From: Lobosporangium transversale
Lineage: Eukaryota
Direction: 5' to 3'
Assembly (NCBI RefSeq): GCF_002105155.1
Contig: NW_019028981.1
Coordinates: 682,001-746,000 of the forward strand
Length of the DNA stretch: 64,000 nt
Notes under the pieces: generated by a model
The model's database searches: none
Told to the model about the DNA's origin: nothing
Seen by the model: the letters and a program-made list of their open reading frames with translations, nothing else
In this document: positions 1-14,190 of the stretch, piece by piece
Layout of the letters: each line of letters opens with the position of its first letter
How positions within the stretch are numbered: position 1 is the first letter of the stretch
Program-made: the position numbers and the translations under genes

Positions 1-121
1 CTCTGAGTCATTAACCCATTATGCTTCGCCTAAATATAATTGCGATGGGTTTACAACGAGCAAAAAGTTAAAGTAGGCACTTTTACAGTTTTTCTTTTTT
101 TTTTTTTTCTAAGTGAAAAAA

Positions 122-154
<33 letters not shown>

Positions 155-1675
155 CTTACAATTTCCGCCTGTTTGGCAAGTCTCTCGGCACGGCGCTTCT
201 CAAGTCGAGCTTGCTTAGCCTGCTGTTCAGCAATCACAGACTCAGTGTAGATGGGACGCCCTCCGTTAATGCTCATCAAGGCAGCCTCGACCTCCTCCAA
301 ACTCATCATCTTGCGCTCCTGTTGTGCAGGGATTTGAGGTTGAGTTCCAGCAGTTCTCAATAGCTGCGCCTCAATTTCTTCCAGGCTAGGCTGATTGCCG
401 AAAGTTGAGGGGCGCGATAAAGCAAAGGTGCCTACGCCAAAGACCGGGTCGTGAACAAATCCAGTGTTTCGTCCGCCAGCATCTACGATAATTTAATAAG
501 CCCAGGAAGATTTCGTTTTTTTCTTTTTTAAAAAAAAATTGTTGATCGGAAGCTTGTATTTCAAGTATAACGCATTGTACTGTTCATGTACCAAAGAGAA
601 TGTTAGTTGAAAAAGGAAATGGCACATACCCATGCCCTTGACGGTCGTATTGCCGAAAGAGCCCCAGATCGACGATGCAGCTTGTGATGGCTATAATAGC
701 ATGAATATTTAGACATTAGACATCTGGAAACAAATATTGCATGTTTATACATATGTTTAACAGCAGCGACCACAAGATATAGATAAAGTCGGAGCTGCAA
801 AGAAATGACCTATGATAAAAAATTAAAAAGGCGTATTACCTCAGGGAGACCATTCTTGTAGCTGTCCTGCTGAGCAGAAGCATCGTTCTCCCAGAGAGAA
901 GCAAAAGATGAGCGGCGAACTCCTGAACATCATCGTATTTTGTTATTTTGAACCCATCCATGCATAGTAATATTTACAAAAAAAAAATTAGGATCTTGTC
1001 CATATGAATGCGATAAAATCAAAAGTTCGTTCCTTGTGAGCATCTCTCTGAAACTGGATGACTGTAAGCTTCCATGATGCCAGTCAAGATAAACTTACCG
1101 ACATGCTCGTTCTGCTTAATGTAGAGTTCTTCTTCTTTCTTAAGAGCCGGTGCGATTTGGCGCGTGTTGCTGGCAAAGTCAAAGTCGGTTCCAGCTGTTT
1201 CGTTGTTGAATATTGATTGCCGTTATCAAGTGCAAAAAATAAACAGGCGAAGAGATAGGGAAAGAAAAAAGTTAATTGGCTTATCTTGTGTTCTTTTCTC
1301 CTCATTAAATAAATAATAATAATAATCATAATAATAAAAAGCAATAAAAATAATAAAGCCGATCTTGATTTCTCAATCAATGAAAAGTAAGAGTAATTGC
1401 TCCATTAATAAAAAAAAGAAAAAAAGAGGAAACTTGCCTTCACCACCAGTACCACCAAAGGTCTCATCATTGAGGTCGTCTCTGGTCTCCTCCAGACCAT
1501 CAGCTAAATTGTCGTACGTCTCACCATAGTCGTAGATTTCAAAGTCCTCACCAGTCTCAAGAGCATACTTTTGAACCTGACGATCCAGCTCCTGTTGCTC
1601 ATCTGGATTCAACATAACTTTGCGACTACCCGGACGGCCTGGCATGACCGTATTGAAGCCAAAGAAGTCGGACAT
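1..1675 (-). CDS. PAT1: PAT1 mRNA decapping activator / topoisomerase II-associated protein, 5' part (gene continues off the left edge)
   Basis: N-terminus MSDFFGF...DDLNDETFG, then spliced exons giving DFDF, SLEEIEA/SLEEVEA and AKHNGLMTQ motifs typical of fungal Pat1. Exons ~1675-1438, 1194-1099, ~922-840, ~690-630, ~482-161 and ~29-1 join in consistent phase. Intron 1 uses a GC donor. Confidence 0.88.
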
Positions 1676-2127
1676 TGTTCCAAGAATTCGTATTCGTCCT
1701 TTTCTCTTCTTATTTTGAGCTCCAACTTTTTTTTTTTTTTTTTTTTCCCCTCTGTCTTAGCTTCTCACTCCTTTCTGTTACTCCTGTACTTTTTTTTAAT
1801 AGTTTATTGCTGTTGTTGTTGCCTCAGCACTGACCAAAAGGACATATGGTGCGAGAGAGAATAAAGTGAAGATAATCGTCGCGAGCACACAGCTGCTTTG
1901 AAGGGAAGTTGGAGGCGCGTACAAGTGTCGAAGTAGGGACAACAGACAAGCTTAAAAGAAAGTGAAAAAAAAAAAAAAAAGATTGGACCGAACAAGCCAA
2001 AAAAAAAAAAAAAAAAACCCCTTTTAGGCTGACGTCGACACAAGCTTGTTTTCTTTCTTTCCACACATTCTCTTTCTTTTGACACGACCCTTTTTTTTGT
2101 TCAGTCATCCCAACACGAGGCGAGAAA

Positions 2128-2614
2128 ATGAGTGAACAACCTTTACCTACCACTTCTGATGGATACATTGATATTGACGCTACTAGCGCTGGCGCTGGTA
2201 CTGCTACAGACACACTCACACAACGGATATGGGATATCGATGATCAACTGACCAATGATATTGACTCCATCGACGGAGACTCTGACATCTCTGAATTCTC
2301 CACCACTTCCACCCGTGACATTCAACGTGAATGGGATGAAAATATGGAACAAGGTCGTCAGTTACTTGCCTTCGTCATCGTCCCCTTTGTTGGTCGTTGG
2401 CTTGGCAAAAAAGTTTCTTACTGGAGTATGTTTCATTAGGAAGTGGTTTTTTTTTTTTTATAGATCTCTTGAAGGCTCAATGACCAAATTCATTATATAT
2501 ATCTATCTTCCAATATGAGTATCCACTAATCACAGCTGTCTCTCTCCTATTAATATCATAGTCTGGACAAGATTTCTGCAACATCACTACAAATTTCGTT
2601 CGATAGGGATGTAG
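2128..2614 (+). CDS. MIM2: Mitochondrial import protein Mim2-like (2 exons)
   Basis: Acidic N-terminus followed by IQREWDENMEQ..LLAFVIVPFVGRWLGKK..W. Intron GTATGT ~2427 to TAG 2561 joins in phase to IWTRFLQHHYKFRSIGM*. Confidence 0.75.
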
Positions 2615-2702
2615 ATGGCCGGAGCGTGGAACTCCAGGAAGGAAGAAACATCTTTGACTGATAAAAAAAATATCAATGTCAACATGAAATACGAGCTTCC
2701 AT

Positions 2703-2740
<38 letters not shown>

Positions 2741-3030
2741 GAGGTCGACGGTATAAAGCTTTTTCATCAATCAGGGACCGACGATAAACTTTACAAGCAG
2801 CCAAGCAGTCAAGCCAAGCTTCATCCTCTGTACACTATCTATCTAAATCAAAGTATCTACAGTTTCTACAATTTCTACAGTTTCTACAAGCAATATTAAA
2901 GACGTGTAAAAAAAAAATGACGCGAGAGGAAGGGAATTCGCACGAAGCAATGATTATTAAGGGGAATAATCTTCCTACAAAATAAGATTCAAATTGATTG
3001 TTCATAAAACGCGATTCCACTCCACGGCTC

Positions 3031-3064
<34 letters not shown>

Positions 3065-3128
3065 CTGCAAACTCCTTCAACTCCTTCATTCAACCAACTA
3101 ACATTCGAAAAGAACCTTGCACGCAACC

Positions 3129-4141
3129 ATGCTCTCCCCTGTTAGAAGCTCTATTCTTGCACAGCTCTGCAAGTCCCCTCTTTCACAACAACGACAACAA
3201 CCATTATTCTCTCGTATTCTCCGAGCCTCATTCTCGAGCGCACCCAAGCGCCACCTGATCCGTGATAATTCGTATCCTTATCCTCTTTATTACCACTTAC
3301 TCACGGCCGATAACGCTGCTTCCAACAATATCCAAACCCCCTCTCATGCTGAACCCCGTTCCCGTACCTCTGCCTCCGATCATTCAGATTATAACGCAAC
3401 CTATGTTCTCTCCTTCCTGGAAGCCTTCCCTAAACAGAACCCTCAAATCATCGGTTTCTTAAACCACAGTACTTCCTCTCCAGACTCGGAAGAGGAAATT
3501 GAGGTTCGACCCAATAATTTTACAGAGAACGAGGCCTTTAACGATCTTCTTCATCAAGTCATCCAACAAAATCTCAAGAAGGATCCGATGGTCGAAATGG
3601 TTTTACAGCAGCAAGTGGAAGGGTAAGTAGAAATAGACAAAAAAAAAAAAAAAAAGATATTCTGATCTGATCTGTTCTGCTCTGTTCATTGCAACGTTTG
3701 TATACAACTAATGCCGTTTCATTTTTTTTTTTTTTTTTTTTTTTTGTTCGGTTGATTGTATCAATCATTCATCACTATCAAATGAATTTAAAAGTTGGAC
3801 TCATATCACAGACAAGCGTAACCCAGCGCCCTATGGAAGGTAAAATGAGGAAATGAGAAACAAACCATATAAACTTCTACGCTTGCCTGTTTAAATGTAA
3901 CCTCTGTGAGATTTCCCATCACTCTGACGCCATTTTTCTTTTTTATTTTTTATTGTGTGTGTATAATAATAGAACTCCATTGCCAGAAGATATCTTTGGA
4001 AGTGTTCAAATCCTCAATGGAGAAATTCAACCATCAACCTATCAGAGAATGCCTTCACACCGTATCGTCAGTAGCAATGGTCTCTTCCAGTTGAGTGAAT
4101 ATCTTCATGATAAACTTGTCAAGCACCTCACCAATCTGTAA
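3129..4141 (+). CDS. Conserved fungal hypothetical protein, probably mitochondrial (3 exons)
   Basis: Basic, Ser/Arg-rich presequence-like start. Exons 3129-3622, 3795-~3839 and ~3973-4141 give GWTHITDKRNPAPYGRTPLPEDIFGSV...YQRMPSHRIVSSNGLFQL. Confidence 0.75.
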
Positions 4142-4294
4142 ATAGTAAATACGGTCCGATCAAAAACCTTTTGTCATCTAAACAACATAAACAACTAAGC
4201 ATATAAATGCAATTGCAAATAAAACGGCCTTTGTTCTTTATTGTTTTATATTTCGTTATGAGTTCATTGCTAAATATGCTGGATACTGTTTGTA

Positions 4295-4329
<35 letters not shown>

Positions 4330-4530
4330 TACAGTCTTTGTACTTTAAACATGTTACAATGATATGATGATAATTATTATAAGAATAAAAGGGTAAAAAA
4401 AATAAAAAGAAAAATATGCAAAGTTACAACTATAGTTGAAACTATATCACAGTCTCTTGAAATTAAAAAAAAAAAGTGGGAATCGAGGTATTACAAATAG
4501 CCTCAACAGACAATTCACTAGACCAGAAGG

Positions 4531-7500
4531 TTATGTCTGAATAACAGGCCTCAATCTATCCTTTGCCACATCTCCATTTGCCATGAAAATCACTTTGGCT
4601 TTCTCTTGCTGCTCTATTGATCCTGTCTTGCTCGCTGATTGGCGTCGTGAAGACTCTCCCCGGTTAGAATTGGTCGACCACACAACGTTATGCCTTCCAC
4701 CTTTACGCTTCCCTTTATTGCCGTTACCATGCTCATCCTCTACCGTTCCTCCAGCTCCAGTGCTTAACACGCTGCTGTCGCTAGTATGAGATGACGATGA
4801 TTCTTGGCGATGAAAAGCCTTGTCGGATGTCGTTAATGATTTTGGAGTAACATTTGCAATGTCCGCAAGGCTAAACTCCACTGCCGCACGAGGAGTTCGG
4901 CCTCCGCTTCCAGAAGTGCCATTGTTGTTATTACCACGTCCATTCTTCTGCTTTTCACCGCAAACGTGGCCACTGTTAGACTTTTTGTTGCGCTGACTAG
5001 AGTTCGAGGTTGATCCACTACCACCACTCTTGTCCTGCTTCACATTCCGGGAAGCTCCAGATCGAGAGAGATCGTCAGGATTTCCTTTCTCACCCTTCCC
5101 CTGCTTGGACCGGTTTCTCGATTGACTTTGTTGATTAGACAACTCATGACTGCGTCCACCTCCGTTCTGGTGAGACGAGGTATCTTTTTGACACGAGAGC
5201 TTGGCAGAACTCGAATTATCCCCACCATAGATTCGGCCTAATCCTCGATGACTAGAGCTTTGTTTACTGCTGCCAGTTGGATCCTTGCTGTGGGGTGATC
5301 TGGTCCCGATATTAAGCGTTTCCATCACTGAAATCTCCGATGGCACTACTTCCTCTTCCTCATCATCGTCATAGTCGTCGTCGTAATAATTGTTCATTGA
5401 GCGATAACCGTTGGCATATCTTCGGCCAGGAGCATAGCTGTAATGGTTTGGGTTGCTAATATTACCTTTACGTAAGCTCATGGGATGGTAGTAACTAGCC
5501 GGGAAAACATATTGCTCACAACATTCGTTCAAGGATACCCTGTAATGAAGGATTTCCAGCGCTCTCTTGAATTCCTCCTTCAAGCCCTTGCTGCTAATCA
5601 TATCGGATGAATTTCCCAGGTTGCGGCTCGTGTCGAATGGCTCTTCCACGCAAAATAGCTTGTACTGCTTCCCAGGCAGATGCCATCCTTTGGACTCCTT
5701 GGTCAGGTAGCAGCCATTCCGTACAGAGATCACGTAATTGTCATAATCAAACTCGATTGCAAATCTAATTTTGGATATAACCAATCCATATCATTTAAAC
5801 TCTGATTAATCTAGCGATCTGATGCGACAGTCTGCATAGGTGATCCAGTAAATAAAAACCCAAACAAACTGGTTCATACCTTCTGAAGAAAGCATAGAGT
5901 AGACCTCCTAATGTTTCCTTGTTTGGCAGACCGAATCCCTCTAATTTCTCAAGATCCTGACAAAACGATGTGTTGTTGCCATTAATGACCTGGTTATCCT
6001 CAGAAAGAACGTGTGGTATTTGGTGCAGCTTGGGTAAGATAGGCGGCGAGCGCATTTGTAAGAAATTGATAACAATACAGATCCAGGTATATGTCGATAT
6101 GGTCCCTCCATTTGCTATTAATCAACAAGTGTAACGGAACCGAGGGTTATTATGCAATGTTTCTATTCAAGTGTCTCAAGCGCGCAAATATCTTGCCAAG
6201 TGACAGACTACATCTTACCTGCATCGTTCAAGACTCGCCGCCTTGCCCAGTGTTTAATAATCATGGCAAAGGGTCGCACACGCGGATCAATTGATACATA
6301 TGTCTTGATCATTTTTGTGTTCAACAATCCAAGCGGCGTGTTGATGTTCATGTCACACGAAAAGCGGCTACATCAGGGCAATGAATATGTATATAAAAAT
6401 GTTTATAAATGAATAAGGTGCTCATTTGTTTTGTCTTTGTAACCACATCCAAAACAACAGCTTCTTACAATTCAGGGTCCCAAAATTTGACAATAGGTAC
6501 TTTGGCCCTTGGTATACAGAAGACCTTTTGCATCCCATGTTTCCGGAAGACATTCGCCAGCATTTGCACATTCCTCAATCCTGACCAGGTCGTCATGATA
6601 CAAATGTCAATGTCGCTTGAGCTTGTTCCCAAATCATTAACAGTAGAACTGATAGATAAATAAATAAATAAATAAATAAAAATAAAGAGGGAAAAAAAAA
6701 AAAAAAAAAAAAAAAGAGTTAAAATAGCTTTTTTTTTTTTTTTGTGATTATGAATGATGCACAATCGAAAGAGTCTTACCCAAAAGGATGGACTTGGATA
6801 TCCTGTCCTGGCCATTCTAATTGCACGATGCGTTCAATCTTCTTTATCAGCCTTGTCCGGCGATGGTGGCTCTCTTCAGTTGGCAATAAACTCTATGTCA
6901 ATCCCAGTAAATACGGGTGTAAAAAGGTAATCATAGAATGTTAGACTTAAATGATCAGCAGACTCACGGATGATTACTGGGTGATACACATCTTTTTAAA
7001 TATACCTCGAAAAGATCGACCATGTCCATCGATAATTTAGCCTCGCATTCACGAGGAAGAATGATGGGGAAGCGTTCGTGTAGCTGGAGATTGTTTGGTT
7101 TCCTCAATGTGGATGCTCGAGTGAATTTGGATACTTGTGGTTTTGATGCTGGGATGGGTGCTACTCCTGGAAGAAGTGTTGACCATGCTGACGTGTTTGA
7201 AGCCGAGGCAGGAACAATAGGCTGTGTGGCAGCAGAAACTGGTGAAGAGCCTTCTGTTGGGAGAACCTTTGTTTCTTGGATTTTTTCCTGAGCCAATCCG
7301 TTAGTGACAGAGTCTTTTACTTTTGTGTCGATGCTGTCCTGGGTAGGATTCCTTTCAGATAGCATCGGCTGTGTTGTTGCTGAGGATGCAGACGCAAGAC
7401 CTATTTTTGTTGTATCGTTCTCATCCTTGTCCTCATCCTTGTCCTCTTCATCGGGCTCGCCTTCGGAAGTGACATTGACTGGGGACAAAGGAGGGGTCGC

Positions 7501-8007
7501 CACCTGAGAAAGGGCTAATGTTGTGGGATTATTTGCCACATCAGCGTGAATGATCAAGCCGTAGTTATCCATTGTGTTCTGTTTGGATGATAAACCATTG
7601 TATTTCGCACGGTTACCAACCCCATTAGAGAATCGCGGCATGGATCGCTGAATTGCAGTTGTCTCTGAAGGAAAAGGGTCGGCTCCACTGTCGGATTGAG
7701 AGTCCTCTAGGCTGGCAGGGGAATCAGGCCTATGGTTCTGTTGAAGTGAATCAGCACCGTTTGACTGAGGAAGACTCCCTCGAGTTGAATGATTCGGAAG
7801 ATGATAATGAATCTCGCTCTGACCGAGGGAGGGCTCCTGTCCTAGCATGTGTACCTTCGAGTGGGCGTTGTGCTGTTGCTGCTTGAGGTCTTTAATGTTG
7901 TTACTACTGCCCTTGCGATCCTTAATGTCACTGCGTACAGTCTGATGTTCGATGGAAGGGGAGAAACTGGAGTTGCTTGGTTGAGTAGTCTGATGGACTA
8001 TTGGCAT
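4531..8007 (-). CDS. Cid1/Cid13/GLD2-family non-canonical poly(A)/poly(U) RNA nucleotidyltransferase (6 exons)
   Basis: Spliced product contains PFGSTVNDLGTSSSDIDICI (GS/DxD), AKVPIVKFWD, SCDMNIN, IKHWARRRVLNDAANGGTISTY and a PAP-associated CVEEPFDTSRNLG motif. N- and C-terminal tails are long and disordered. Confidence 0.9.
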
Positions 8008-8586
8008 TGTAATTTCTTTTTTTCCTTTTTATAAAAAGAAGATGTCTTTGCTTCCTGACGATTTATCTCCACACAATTTAGGCTTTGATTAACAAGGGTT
8101 GGTGAAGAGGACTGGGAACGAGGTGGTCTAAGCAAATGAACGTGTTCTAAAAGATGGATAATATTTACTGCGTTAGAAAGCTCGGACCATTGGAAGATGT
8201 TGTTATTTTGGGAAGGAAAAGAGTTCATTAAAAGAGATTGATGGGAATTGACATCATAAGGCAGAATAGGATCGGTGGTTACGCTAGAGGAAAAAGGAAG
8301 GACGACGAATAAATGCTGCCACATTATTAGGGTCATAGCATTGGGCGAAGAAACGGGCTGGTTGAGTAATAATGCGGTGGTCACAAAGTAAAAAACTGCC
8401 GGTTGTAGCTGTGTTTGTTTGTTTCTTTTTTTGCAGCAAGAGAAAATGTTGGTGGCAAGAAAATAAAAAAATAAAAAAAAAAGGGAAATAACGGTCATTG
8501 GGTACAACATGCAGTTGAATGATGATACAAATGTAACATGGTGGAATGATGAATGAAAATGTAATGTCTATACTCAATTCACGAAC

Positions 8587-8619
<33 letters not shown>

Positions 8620-9888
8620 GAGTAAGAGAAAGAAGGAAAGGGGCGACAGTAATGATAACTTGTACTATTACTAGTATCATTGCCACCATAGCATATACAG
8701 TATGCAAATGTGTAAAAGATGGAGTCAATCAACACGATAAACCCACCTTTTCTTCTTATTATTATTATTATTATTTTTTTTTTTTTTTTGTTAAGGATTA
8801 AAAGGATAGAAGCAAATTGAAGTGAAAAAGGAAAGAGTGTAAAGAAAAGAGGGGAAGTCAAGCAAAAAGAAGAGATTCTCCTTGAAGACCGGGTCAATAA
8901 CAGAGTGTTTGTGCAAAATAAAAGTCAGAAAAGCAATAAGAGTATAGAGTGGAGAGTAGATTTGAAGAGCAAAGAAAATGTGAGAGAGAGAAAGAGAAAA
9001 GAAAAGAAAAAGAAAAGAGGTGAGAAAGAGTTTTAAAAAAAAAAGAAACTGCGACTTTTTTTAATTTTATTATTTTATTTATTAATTGTTTGACTTGTCT
9101 TTATTATCATGCTTATTATAACAAATGATATGAGCAGAAACATTATTAACCATACCCCTAACTGTACATGTAAGGAATATGCAGGTCAATCAACCATGGT
9201 AACCAGCCAGGCTCTATGCTGGCCTGCCATTGGATCCTTGCTCTGAAAAAAAAAAACCAATCCCCCAAATGTTTACATCCACATCCTAAAGAATGTGAAT
9301 GGGGTAGGTAAAGGGAAGATCAACTCCAAAAAAAAAAAAAAAAAAAAAAAAAAACAATAACCATGTCATACTCTGCGTCTTTCTAAACAAGCTGCTGACT
9401 AACTGACATTAACCCAATTCCTCCAAAGGAACAACAAGGAACACACACCTCTGCTCGCCTTGTTTGCTTATTCTTCTCCACATGTTGAAATCTTCCTTAG
9501 ACAGCCCAATATCCTCGATTCACATTCACAAACAGTTACATCCACACCCACATGCACTCACAAACACATTCTTCCTGTCAATACACTAGTCTGTATAAAC
9601 ATCAATTGGATAGGACAAGGGTCTAGATCCAAGTCTTCACACATTCTGTTTTTTTTTTTTCTTCTTTTTTCCTTCAAGTGTTTGCTTTCGCGTGAAATAC
9701 GATCAATGCACTACCTAAAAAAAAAAAAAAAAAAAAAACCCTCCGACAGTGCCGTCATGTCGTAAAGATTTATTGGTGTATCATATTGCATCATGTACAA
9801 TCATTTACACAATCAGCGTAACGCGCAGGCAAAGGCAGTTAATCCATACAGCCATCCTGAATCATGATATTACGCCGGTTTTATTTTA

Positions 9889-9932
<44 letters not shown>

Positions 9933-10512
9933 ATAGGGCTCCAAGTTTTTGTAATCCCCTTTTTTTTTTTTTTACACGCCTTTTTTAATATTATTACATA
10001 TTATATATTATTATATACTATTAAATTGAGCACAAAGTAAACATGATCAAAGCCGACCCTATTGACCTGAACTTGGCCCACTCATAGCCCACCCAGTGTT
10101 TTAAGTATTTTAAGATAGAGCATGTGTACATATTGGAAAGTGAGGGGTTATAAGGAAAAAAAAGCATAATTGAAAAGAATACGCGCGCAGCATCAGCATC
10201 AGCAGCATCAAGAGGAACGCCAGACCAATCCCTTTCTAAATAATTTTGTAGTTTTGATCCATTTGATCCATTTGAACGTGAATAAAATAAATCTCCCCAA
10301 ATATAGTCAATGATTTAGCCAATGGGTCACGTCGTTGGCCAAGCATAGCCAGTCAGAGATATATACATGTCTATGTATCGTCGTCTACTGTACAAAAAAG
10401 ACAATACCCATAATGATCATAATGATAAAAAAGACAACCACTACATATTTATTGTCGTCCTATAAAACTTTGTCTCTTTCGTCTTCTGTAAACAAACTAA
10501 TCTTGCTCCAGT

Positions 10513-11117
<605 letters not shown>

Positions 11118-11144
11118 GGGAAGATATGATGATAAATGTGCCTT

Positions 11145-11176
<32 letters not shown>

Positions 11177-12208
11177 TGAACGAATGAATGAATGAATGTG
11201 AATGAAAATGCAATGAGAAAAAAAAAAAAAAAAAAAATTTTTTTTTAATAATTATTCACGTGATCTACATCGCGGTAAAACTGTCCATTCACTTTCGCCT
11301 TCACTTAATTTCCACTTTCATTTGTCAGTGGATATGTTTCTCTTGACCGATGAATTCCTTTTTTTTTTTTTCATTTGCCTATGATGATGATGGCGCTAAA
11401 AGATATCTGAAAAAGGCAACTGACTTCCGATATTCTGTCCATGTGCGCATACATTCCAATCCACGTCGTTTCATCTCATCTAGACAGATCTTTATAACTT
11501 TTATAACTCTTGTTTTGTATTATTATTATTATTATTCCTTTAGCATATCTGATCAATCATCCTATTGATTCTTGTGTACAATACAAACAGATATTGGAAC
11601 TTTAATTCTCATGATTCAATCCTTAGTACTGTACTCTGTATGGCTATATCCATCATCATGGAGAAGGAAAGAAAAAAAAGTTTTGAATTCGACTTTTTTT
11701 TTTCTTTTTTTTTTTCAAGCTGTCCTTGATGGGTATATTAAATTGTTAATGTCGCTAAGACTAGAGACTGCTAGTCGATACTGTGGCATCCGCATAAAGG
11801 GTTCATCTACTGGGCCTTTGCAAAGCGAATTTACATGACTTGAACAAAGAATCAGAGAATGAAGGTCTAGTCAAGCCCTAAAAAAAAAAAAAAAAAAAAA
11901 AAAAGCCCAAATATATACTAGTACATTAAGAAATAGCGATAGCCAAAGAAACAGTTCAGTAGGGGATACGAGCAAAAGAAATAAAATACATCCTTGATCT
12001 GGAGTAATGGTGGATAAAGGAAGCTTAAAAAAAAAAAAAAAAAAAAGCAAAATCTGATAGTTTAAATTTTTTTTTTATTTGACTGTAATATTGACTTTGA
12101 TTCTGCTGTCGTATTGTATGATGCTGTCCTGTACATTGAGTTATGTTCAATCGCTGCTCATCTTTTTCTTTCCTTCTTTCGTTCTTCTTCTCGACCCCTG
12201 GGTGATCT

Positions 12209-12357
12209 TTATTCACTACGGCTGTTGCGGTAGAGAGCTTCTTGAGTGACAGAAAGTTCATCAATCTCTGGAGCAACATCAGCCAAAATCTCCTGTGCCT
12301 CCTTGTAGAAGTTAAGCTGAGCAGCAACCAAATCAGCCAAGTTACGAAGAGGCTCGG

Positions 12358-12400
<43 letters not shown>

Positions 12401-13892
12401 CGTAAAAAAAATTAAAAATCAATACGAGTACTTAACGCTCCACATCAAGAGATGAAATAAACTACACAAATTAGCTTACGTTTTCGAGAACAGTCTTCAT
12501 AAGAGTAGTAGCCTCTTCCACCGCAGCCACAAACAAGTCCTCAGCCTGCTCAACCTCAATCCTGCTAGCCTCTGACTTTTCGGGTCTCGCAGTCTTATAC
12601 TGAGCCTTGGCAGTATCCAATGCCAAACGAGCATTCTGAACATTACGTCTAGCCTTCATTGCGAATCCAAGCTGAGTGTTCAAAGTTGTTCCAAAAGGTT
12701 GCACAAACTTGGTTGTGATCTCCTGATCCATCTTCAATCTAAATTCGCCAATCTTTTCCTGAACAGTCGCAAACTTGAACAAAGCTGATCCCATTGGCTC
12801 CTCCAATCCTATCAACTCAGATCCTTCAAAACTAGCACGCGACAAGGCATGTGCCAAGGTCTTGGGTGGCGCAGCCTCCTTGCGTTCCTCCAAAGCCGCT
12901 GCCTCTGACGCTGCTTTCTCTGCAGGTGAAAGAGCGACCTGTTGGATTCTGTCTGTGACTGTACGACCAAACTCTCCAAGAGTCTCCTGAAGTTGAGCTG
13001 GATAATCGTAAGACGGGTTTTGGTAGGTACGAGTGACACGAAGAAGATGGGTGTGCATGGTGCGAAGAGCATCCACACGCTATATTAAAAAAAATCGATT
13101 CATTATAATGAAAAAAAAAAAAAAAGACAAATAAATAGAGTACCAATGTTATGGAAAAAGTCTGTAATAATGCTCCGGTATCAATCACAAGCCCCATCCC
13201 ATAACACTGTTACTATTTTAAAAAGCCCGACACTCATTTTCTTACCTTTTCTAAATCCTTATATTCTTGAGGAAGTTCAGTGATATCTTCAGCTGTGCCC
13301 ATCTTTTCTTGAGCAAACTATCAGTATATAAAAAAAAAAAAAAAAAAAAAGCAGAAAGTGTCAGTGATAAGGCTTTATAGACTTAATGGCTTTTTTTTTT
13401 TTTTTTTTTTTTTGCCAAGTTGCTTCCTCGCTAATATTAATGGCGTCCTATTCATAGGGAACATAGCACACCATTGCATTATGTCTAGATGGTTCATCCA
13501 GCCTCCACATTTCAGAAATAATAAGAGAAAACAAAAGAGAATCTCATCCTTCCGCCTCATGGTGAGGCTCACATTACGAAACCAATGCAATAAAAAAAAA
13601 AAAAAAAGCTGTTCATTTGCTGTCTGTCTGTCCCTTTTAGATGAACAAATAAACAAGCGCGTTGAGGCTCGAAAGAATGAGCATAAAAGCCTTTGATTGC
13701 TGGGTTGCTGATAATTTCACACGTTCCTGATGACGACATGGTCTTGACACTCTGATAGTGATTAGAAAACAAGATGGTGTTTTTTATTGCTGCTATTATT
13801 ATTATTAATACCTGTTTAACCTGGCCCAGTTGCTTGCCAAGTTTAGCAGCAAGAGGGTTAAGTTGTTGGGAGAACGCCTTGAATTGGTCCAT
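12209..13892 (-). CDS. GVP36: Gvp36-like BAR-domain protein (4 exons)
   Basis: Q|FAQEKMGTAEDITELPQEYKDLEK|RVDALR...YDYP...PKTLAHALSRAS...RLALD...AEDLFVAAVEEA...N|PEPLRNLADLVAAQL. Confidence 0.85.
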
Positions 13893-14190
13893 ATTGTGGC
13901 GAATAAATGTAATAGTGTGGGTTGTTGGGTTCAAGAATGATGAGAGCAAGAAAGGAGAGATGAGAAAATACAAAAAGCAAGTAGTTGGTGAAAAAGAGAA
14001 ATAAAATTTGGCAAAGTCATAAACATTTGTTACAATTGAACTTGTCATACACACAATGGAGAATTGCTGCACGCTTTGGCAACCAAAGGTCACACACATA
14101 AGTGGTTGCTGCTTCTGCTATATTTTTGTGATATTACTTTAATTCCAAACGAATTGGCATTATCGCTTGTTTTCTATACTTGGGGTGATT

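Noticed and set aside
11375..11424. TTGCCT-ATGATGA...CTGA-AAAAGGCAA, resembling a box C/D snoRNA with a terminal stem
   Set aside because: Only ~45 nt, no C'/D' pair and no rRNA-complementary guide I can identify. ATGATGA is part of a (GAT)n run.
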